From Coleofasciculaceae cyanobacterium (GTDB lineage Bacteria > Cyanobacteriota > Cyanobacteriia > Cyanobacteriales > Coleofasciculaceae), in NCBI GenBank assembly GCA_036703315.1, contig DATNPH010000003.1:8141-32140 (forward strand): a DNA stretch of 24,000 nucleotides, given 5' to 3'. Below, piece by piece: positions 18,006 to 24,000 of the stretch. The translations under genes were made by a program, and so were the position numbers. The notes under the pieces are model-generated. The model did no database searches and was not told where the DNA came from. It saw only the letters and a program-made list of their open reading frames with translations. Position 1 is the stretch's first letter. Each line of letters begins with the position of its first letter.

Positions 18006-19016
18006 CTAAACCATTTCCTGATTCAGCAATGCCCCACCACAACTAGAACCACAACCTGCTGTACAACCATAACAGTAGGAAGCTGTACGAATCTCATCAA
18101 TTAAGTCTAAAGTTCCAGCTTCCAATAGCTTAGCAACCGTCAGTTTTTGCCCAGAGTGAGACTTGGCTTCAATATTTTCCATCTGGTTAAAGTCACAGTC
18201 GTAGACATTTCCCAGATAGTCAATCGACAGTTCATCACGGCACATCAAATGCTCCACCGTACTCGCGTTGAAATTAGCCTCTAAAAACTTCAGGTAAGGA
18301 GCGTATAACTTAGTCCGTTGTAAATGAAACTTACTTCTACCAACGGGCAAATTTGTGATCGTAAACAACTGATTGAAGTCAATATCAAAATGTTCTTTGA
18401 GGAACACTTTGTAATCCTGTTCTAACTTTGTCTGATCAGGAGTTAAGGAAAATTTTTCCGTAAGGGGGAGTTGAGGATTGTACACCAAATCCAGAACTAA
18501 ATCAGAATTTCTCCCATACCCCAATTGATTTAGCCATTGGATTGCACGGATTGAGTCATTATAAACACCTCTACCGCGCATTTTATCTACATTGTCTTCT
18601 AAATAGCAGGGCAGAGATGCCACAACTTTTAACTGGTTCTTGGCGAAGTATTCTGGTAGCTCCTCAAACCCAGGCTCAAAATAAATCGTCAAGTTTGACC
18701 GAACAATCACTTGCTTACCCGTTTCCCGCGCTGCCTCTACCAATGGCTTAAATCCATAGTTCATTTCCGGTGCGCCACCCGTAAGGTCAACAATCTTAAT
18801 CTGGGGAAACTTATAAATTAGCTCAATTAGTTGCTCACAAACCTCTGGTGAAAGTTCTTCCGTCCGTTTCGGACTAGCTTCCACATGACAGTGAGTACAG
18901 GCTAAATTGCAGCGCTTACCCAAATTAATTTGTAAGACTGTGATTTTATTTTTAGTTAATGGTACCTTCAGTTTTTTTCTAAAAGGTGTTGCTGGTAATA
19001 GTTCTTGCTGAATCAT
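18006..19016 (-). CDS. arsS: Arsenosugar biosynthesis radical SAM protein ArsS
   Basis: CNLACTHCHVEASPKR radical SAM motif, DLTGGAPEMN, CRDELSIDYLGNVYDCDFNQM, and C-terminal YCYGCTAGCGSSCGG. Directly downstream of arsM. Confidence 0.9.
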   Translation of the reverse strand: MIQQELLPATPFRKKLKVPLTKNKITVLQINLGKRCNLACTHCHVEASPKRTEELSPEVCEQLIELIYKFPQIKIVDLTGGAPEMNYGFKPLVEAARETGKQVIVRSNLTIYFEPGFEELPEYFAKNQLKVVASLPCYLEDNVDKMRGRGVYNDSIRAIQWLNQLGYGRNSDLVLDLVYNPQLPLTEKFSLTPDQTKLEQDYKVFLKEHFDIDFNQLFTITNLPVGRSKFHLQRTKLYAPYLKFLEANFNASTVEHLMCRDELSIDYLGNVYDCDFNQMENIEAKSHSGQKLTVAKLLEAGTLDLIDEIRTASYCYGCTAGCGSSCGGALLNQEMV

Positions 19017-19064
19017 CTTTCTGAAACTTTTGGTATTTTGTCGCTTGAGCTGATTGGGATACGC

Positions 19065-20033
19065 TTAACAGCAACCGCCACCCGTATAGTGCCAAGTTGA
19101 ATCTGTAATTAAGATTTCTCTCGGAACTGATGTGGCTAGATTATGGGCTGTCTTGTCACAAACAGCAGCTGGTACACCCCGCTGGAGAACATGTCCTGCT
19201 GAGTCATCAAAGACCTCTTGGGAACCCGTATAAATCGCTGTCTTGCCAGTAAAAATACAAGCTCCATCCTCGGGAATTGCGACTTTGAAGGAAACAGAAT
19301 CAAGACTTTCTAGCAGTAGAGGCTCGTCTAGACCATAACTTTGGCAATCCAGAAGTCGATAAGGGCGTTTGGCACGGATTTCCACTTGACCAAAACCAGC
19401 GTCTACGAGATGTTGGACATAGGCTTCGTAGGTGAGGGCACCGGATAAGCACATTGCCCGCAACCGTTCATCTTGACGCAAATGCAATGGAATAGGACGA
19501 GTCGCGATCGGGTCACTCATCAGTAGGCGTCCACCTGGTTTTAACACCCGGAAGGCTTCTTGAAGAGCCTTCGTTAGGTCAGCCGGTTCAAAAATGTTAA
19601 ACAAACAATTTTGAGCGACAACATCCACAGAGGCATCTGGTACTGGCAGGGTGAAGGCATCCCCTTCCCGAATCTCAACAAAACATGGGTCAAACCAGGG
19701 ATTTTCTTTGGCGGCGATTTCTAGGTTACGGGTAGCGGCTGCACGCATAGCCTGCACTGGCTCGATCGCGATAACCCCTCCAGGACGCCTGGAAAAATAA
19801 GCAAATTGCAAAGCTTCTAAACCACCGCCAACACCCACATACAGCACAATCGGCTCGTTAGTGAGTTCGGCTGGATGAACAGTACTCCCACAGCCATAGT
19901 TCATTTGCTGCATTTCGTGGGGAATTTTGAGTCCTGGCAGTTGCAGAGGACTGCTTTGGACACAACACAACCCAACTTGTGGTGTTTCGGCTACTTCCGT
20001 GTAAAATTTCGCAGTTGTTTCGAGATAGCTCAT
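19065..20033 (-). CDS. arsM: Arsenosugar biosynthesis arsenite methyltransferase ArsM
   Basis: Class I SAM methyltransferase (LYVGVGGGLEALQFA, FRVLKPGGRLLMSD), the CQSYGLDEP region, and C-terminal TWHYTGGGCC. Adjacent to arsS. Confidence 0.85.
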   Translation of the reverse strand: MSYLETTAKFYTEVAETPQVGLCCVQSSPLQLPGLKIPHEMQQMNYGCGSTVHPAELTNEPIVLYVGVGGGLEALQFAYFSRRPGGVIAIEPVQAMRAAATRNLEIAAKENPWFDPCFVEIREGDAFTLPVPDASVDVVAQNCLFNIFEPADLTKALQEAFRVLKPGGRLLMSDPIATRPIPLHLRQDERLRAMCLSGALTYEAYVQHLVDAGFGQVEIRAKRPYRLLDCQSYGLDEPLLLESLDSVSFKVAIPEDGACIFTGKTAIYTGSQEVFDDSAGHVLQRGVPAAVCDKTAHNLATSVPREILITDSTWHYTGGGCC

Positions 20034-20576
20034 CTGAATTTTTTGGTTGGCAAGGGGTTAAACGCTACAGAAACCAGGAGGTAGAGGCTGCGTTTTGATA
20101 GGCTACACATCGATCCCTCAAAGCTTTAATATTACTTAACAACTGCTTGTCCGACTCTAATTGCAGATTTATTTTGGATTTTATGAGAGGCGATCGCCTT
20201 AGTTACTCGCTCTCACACCCACTCATCTTTGAGCAAATTTCAATATATTCTCAAAGCTCAAATTCTTGTATGAGGAGGTATTGGGCGATTTTGAGAAAGA
20301 AGCCAACGCCTTGTTTAGCAGGGAGTAAACCTATTTGAAACCCAGATCCGAAGCTGGCACTAAAGTTATCGGAGAGTTAGCTAAGGGGCGATCGCTAATC
20401 TAGCAAGGTCAGTAGTAGCAACTCAATGTAGGGGCTCATACCATAACAAGTCTATTGCAAAGTAGATATTGTATTCTAATGACTCGGCATCAGGCATCTG
20501 GCAACTACTGGCACTTTGCTGCGCTAGGTACTTCAATACCGAAAATCTGGTTGCTATGATGAGAGCTTATTTCAAT

Positions 20577-20591
20577 TAACCAAGTTGGTTA
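20577..20591. promoter_or_regulatory. Perfect 15-bp palindrome TAACCAA-G-TTGGTTA upstream of the URC cluster (candidate operator)
   Basis: Read directly; 42 nt before the ATG at 20634. Confidence 0.5.
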
Positions 20592-20633
20592 TCACTCGCC
20601 AATTATCTGTGTGCATTCTACTAGGAGCTTCAT

Positions 20634-21899
20634 ATGCAAACACTCAAACCTGCATCCAAACAGAGACATATCGTTTTGACATCTCATCCGGGTGATTCCG
20701 GATCAAAGCGTCTAAAGATCCATTGGGGTGCAAGCGACCCAATACAACGAGGACCGGTTGTGGGAACCTTAGCCAACTCAGCCCATCGCAATGTTATTGG
20801 TACTCACTCAGGATCGTATTCTGTCTATCGGGCTTTGGCGGTTGCAAGTGGAGCACTCCAGGCTAACCACCGTGCTGATCTTACCAACACAGCTCCCATT
20901 GTCGCCATTGGTCCTCATCCCAGTTGGGCTGACGCTGATAAAATCGTCTCACTCGATCCCTTTGGCGGAGTAGTGGGTGAAGCTTACGCTGATTTGTATG
21001 AGCAGGGATACGATATTCGACCCACAATTGCCGTCACTAAAGCTCACATTAATATGCCAGAACTACAGGAGGCTGTAGTGAAAGGGCGATTGTCAATTGA
21101 CGGTCAAATCCTCAAAACTGCCACCAGTTTAGTCGTAACTAAAGTTGCCATTGACCCAGTATGGTATCTACCGGGAATTGCCAAGCGACTCAAGGTTAAG
21201 GAAAGTGACCTCCGCCGTGCCCTGTTTCAGCAAACGGGTGGAATGTACCCGGAGTTGATCACACGTCCGGATTTACAGGTGTTTTTACCGCCCATTGGTG
21301 GCATCACCGTTTATATTATTGGCGAGGTTGCGGCGATTACAGACCCCAATCGGCACCTTGCTGTACGGGTACATGACGAATGCAACGGTTCGGATGTCTT
21401 TGGTTCGGATATTTGTACCTGTCGTCCTTATCTAGCGCATGGTCTTGAGGTCTGTGTTCAGACAGCACAACAAGGCGGTGCTGGTATCCTAGTTTACTGC
21501 CGGAAAGAAGGTCGAGCTTTAGGCGAGGTGACAAAATTCTTGGTCTACAATGCTCGCAAACGTCAAGAAGGAGGCGATAGCGCCGATGCCTACTTCAACC
21601 GCACTGAGTGTGTGGCAGGTGTACAAGATATGCGCTTTCAAGAACTGATGCCCGATGTACTGCATTGGTTGGGGATTACGCGGATTGACCGTTTCGTCTC
21701 CATGAGCGATATGAAACACAACGCCATTGTTAACTCTGGTATCGAAATTATCCAGCGCATCGAGATTCCAGAAGAGTTGATTCCTGCTGATGCCATGGTG
21801 GAAATCGCCGCCAAGCAAGCAGCAGGTTACTACACGAAAAACACAGTACCGGATAGTGTTACCCTTGCTGCCATTAAAGGACGTGGTTTAGCAGATTAG
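20634..21899 (+). CDS. GTP cyclohydrolase II-like protein of the URC uracil catabolism pathway (URC1-type)
   Basis: VRVHDECNGSDVFGSDICTCRPYL GCHII-type zinc site, KEGRALGEVTKFLVYN, and a long N-terminal extension typical of the URC1 group. Followed by DUF1688 and upp. Confidence 0.88.
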   Translation: MQTLKPASKQRHIVLTSHPGDSGSKRLKIHWGASDPIQRGPVVGTLANSAHRNVIGTHSGSYSVYRALAVASGALQANHRADLTNTAPIVAIGPHPSWADADKIVSLDPFGGVVGEAYADLYEQGYDIRPTIAVTKAHINMPELQEAVVKGRLSIDGQILKTATSLVVTKVAIDPVWYLPGIAKRLKVKESDLRRALFQQTGGMYPELITRPDLQVFLPPIGGITVYIIGEVAAITDPNRHLAVRVHDECNGSDVFGSDICTCRPYLAHGLEVCVQTAQQGGAGILVYCRKEGRALGEVTKFLVYNARKRQEGGDSADAYFNRTECVAGVQDMRFQELMPDVLHWLGITRIDRFVSMSDMKHNAIVNSGIEIIQRIEIPEELIPADAMVEIAAKQAAGYYTKNTVPDSVTLAAIKGRGLAD

Positions 21900-22005
21900 A
21901 ACGGGATTAGGAATTGGGAAGAAGACGCGGAGAGTTTTTCTTCAAATTCTCCGTGTCCTCACTCTCTAGTTTCGGGACAGCACCCTCTACCAAAAGGAAG
22001 CCGCC

Positions 22006-23349
22006 TTGAATAATCTTGAACAGCAAGCGATCTGCTCTGATGAGCAGCGTTCTGCTATTGCTTACTTGAAAACTCCAGCAGCGATTCGAGAGCGATGTGA
22101 TCGGCTTTTTTCTTTAGGATGTAATGACCAGTTAAATTACTTTCGCTGCAACTTAACCCAGCTAGAGTCGGTTGCTCACTACGTCATTGAGGTAATGCGC
22201 GACGAGTACCCCGATTTGAATATTCCTTTTCATAGTCGTTGGCGACATTTTGAAGTTGGGAACATCCCGCGTATTGCAGAACTAGAGCAGCACTTGGCAG
22301 AACTCACCCCAATCCAAAAAGCGCAAACAAAGTTTGACCTAGCAATTGTCAGTGTCCTACTTGATGCGGGTGCAGGTGCTGATTGGCAGTATCACGAACA
22401 GGAAACAGGACTTGTGTTTAGCCGTTCTGAAGGCTTAGCTGTAGCCAGTTTCCGAATGTTTTGCCAGGGTGCTTTTTCTAGTGATCCGCAACACCCTTTG
22501 CAAGCCGATGCTCAAGGACTTCAATCATTAACAGTACAGAGACTAGCGCAAGGATTCCAGGTAAGCGAGGCGAATTCCCTCCTTGGTGTAGAAGGTAGAC
22601 TGGAACTACTCCAGCGCTTGGGGCGATCGCTCGTAGCTTTACCTCAGTTGTTTGGTGATACTAATCCACGTCCAGGCAATCTAGTAAATCACTTACTGGG
22701 TTTGGGAGTGGGGAATGGCAACACGGGACAAAGAGGACAAGCAAGAGAATTGACTTCCAAGGAGTCTCCCTCATCTTCCCACTCACCACTCCCCACTCAA
22801 TTAGCTGCCAGTACCGTACTGAGTGCCGTCTTAGAGGGATTAGGAAATATCTGGCCAGGACGATTAGCGATCGCCGGCGTCAATTTAGGTGATGTTTGGC
22901 TTCATCCTGCCCTCAAAGGCGATCATCCCAGCGATCAGTATGTACCGTTTCACAAACTCTCTCAGTGGCTAACTTATTCCCTATTAGAGCCACTGCAAGA
23001 ACTGGGTTTGGAGATTACTGGACTAGACGAGTTGACAGGATTGCCAGAGTATCGTAATGGCGGCTTGTGCTTGGATTTTGGGCTTTTAGAAGTCAAAGAT
23101 GCTGCTGTGTTACAGGAGCGTCACCTACCAGGATCTGAGGTGATCGTCGAGTGGCGATCGCTCACAGTCAGTTTGTTAGACAGGATTGCGGCAACTATCC
23201 GACAACGACTGAACCTGAGTAATGCCCAGTTGCCACTAGTAAAAGTTTTACAAGGAGGAACCTGGACAGCAGGACGACGAATTGCTGCCCAGTTGAGAGA
23301 AGACGGTGTTCCCCCAATTCAGATCGAGAGTGATGGCACGGTGTTTTAA
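22006..23349 (+). CDS. URC4/Urg3 family protein (DUF1688); TTG start with an AAGGAAG Shine-Dalgarno
   Basis: YLKTPAAIRERCDRLFSLGCNDQLNYFRCNLTQLESVAHYVIEVMRDEYPDLNIPFHSRWRHFEVG...DLAIVSVLLDAGAGADWQYHE...RSEGLAVASFRMF is the hallmark of DUF1688. Confidence 0.93.
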   Translation: MNNLEQQAICSDEQRSAIAYLKTPAAIRERCDRLFSLGCNDQLNYFRCNLTQLESVAHYVIEVMRDEYPDLNIPFHSRWRHFEVGNIPRIAELEQHLAELTPIQKAQTKFDLAIVSVLLDAGAGADWQYHEQETGLVFSRSEGLAVASFRMFCQGAFSSDPQHPLQADAQGLQSLTVQRLAQGFQVSEANSLLGVEGRLELLQRLGRSLVALPQLFGDTNPRPGNLVNHLLGLGVGNGNTGQRGQARELTSKESPSSSHSPLPTQLAASTVLSAVLEGLGNIWPGRLAIAGVNLGDVWLHPALKGDHPSDQYVPFHKLSQWLTYSLLEPLQELGLEITGLDELTGLPEYRNGGLCLDFGLLEVKDAAVLQERHLPGSEVIVEWRSLTVSLLDRIAATIRQRLNLSNAQLPLVKVLQGGTWTAGRRIAAQLREDGVPPIQIESDGTVF

Positions 23350-23364
23350 GAGGAGTTATTGTCT

Positions 23365-24000
23365 ATGGCGGCTCAAGTTACGGTAATCGACCACCCTTTT
23401 GTGCAACACAAGTTGACGCTGATGCGTCAGGTTGACACTAGCACAGCAAAATTCCGCCAGCTCTTAAAAGAGGTTGGGATGTTGTTGGCCTACGAGGTGA
23501 CACGCGACTTGCCGCTGAAGTATGAACCAATTAAGACACCAGTAGCCCCCATGATGGCTCCGATGCTTGGCCCAGACAAGAAGATGGTGGTTGTCTCAAT
23601 TATGCGTGCGGGACAGGGACTTTTAGACGGAATTCTGGAACTAATGCCCTCAGCCCGTGTGGGGCATATCGGATTATACCGTGACCCCACCACCTATATG
23701 GCTATTGAGTATTACTTCAAACTTCCCCATGACACTGAGCAGCGAGATATCTTGGTAGTCGATCCGATGTTGGCAACTGGCAACTCAGCCATTGCTGCCA
23801 TTGACCGAATTAAGGAAGTTGGTCCAAGGTCAATGAAGTTTTTGTGCTTATTGGCAGCACCAGAGGGAATCAAGCACTTTCATGAGCAGCACCCGGATGT
23901 ACCGATTTACACGGCGGCTATTGATGAAGGACTAGATGAATACGGGTACATTGTTCCTGGTTTGGGTGATGCAGGCGATCGCCTCTATGGAACTAAGTAA
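23365..24000 (+). CDS. upp: Uracil phosphoribosyltransferase; ATG at 23365 preferred over the track TTG at 23359 because AGGAG lies at 23351-23355
   Basis: [72 protein letters not shown]. The stop TAA is the last codon of the window. Confidence 0.97.
   Translation: MAAQVTVIDHPFVQHKLTLMRQVDTSTAKFRQLLKEVGMLLAYEVTRDLPLKYEPIKTPVAPMMAPMLGPDKKMVVVSIMRAGQGLLDGILELMPSARVGHIGLYRDPTTYMAIEYYFKLPHDTEQRDILVVDPMLATGNSAIAAIDRIKEVGPRSMKFLCLLAAPEGIKHFHEQHPDVPIYTAAIDEGLDEYGYIVPGLGDAGDRLYGTK

Noticed and set aside
18542-20338. ORFs 18542..18751, 19875..20084 and 20147..20338
   Set aside because: The first two are antisense to the arsenosugar genes, and the third is in a non-conserved intergenic stretch. None has coding evidence.
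20101-20560. Possible degraded gene or repeat between arsM and the URC cluster (CAGATCCGAAGCTGGCACT / GGCAACTACTGGCACT look-alikes)
   Set aside because: The similarities are too short to distinguish from chance, and no family-specific protein fragment was recognised.

Overview
Cyanobacterial chromosomal window, judged by many GCGATCGC (HIP1-like) octamers and typical cyanobacterial interspersed repeats. Supported genes, left to right: a DUF559 PD-(D/E)XK-type nuclease sandwiched between GC-rich interspersed repeats; a small XRE regulator; a BaiN/HI0933-like flavoprotein carrying an in-frame repeat insertion; a rubredoxin missing from the supplied ORF track; a multi-PAS histidine kinase; two adjacent small membrane proteins; a third small membrane protein; clpB; and uppP. 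These are followed by an accessory/defence-like segment (BsuBI/PstI-type restriction endonuclease plus C5-cytosine methyltransferase, two small ORFs with duplicated hairpin leaders, and an HNH nuclease fused to a long helical C-terminal domain), then a Uma2 protein and an EcsC-like protein. The right part holds an arsM-arsS arsenosugar pair and a URC-type uracil catabolism cluster (GTP cyclohydrolase II-like, DUF1688, upp). The most interesting signals are: (1) the 12.8-15.8 kb segment, where two small ORFs (68 aa, and a 58 aa RHH-like protein absent from the track) each follow a similar two-hairpin leader, beside an unusually paired R-M operon and an HNH fusion; (2) a 75-bp relic of the clpB 3' end (62/75 identical) lying 668 bp from the real clpB end; (3) nuclease/repeat association and in-frame repeat domestication; (4) a perfect 7-1-7 palindrome upstream of the URC cluster. 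No rRNA, tRNA or CRISPR array was recognised.
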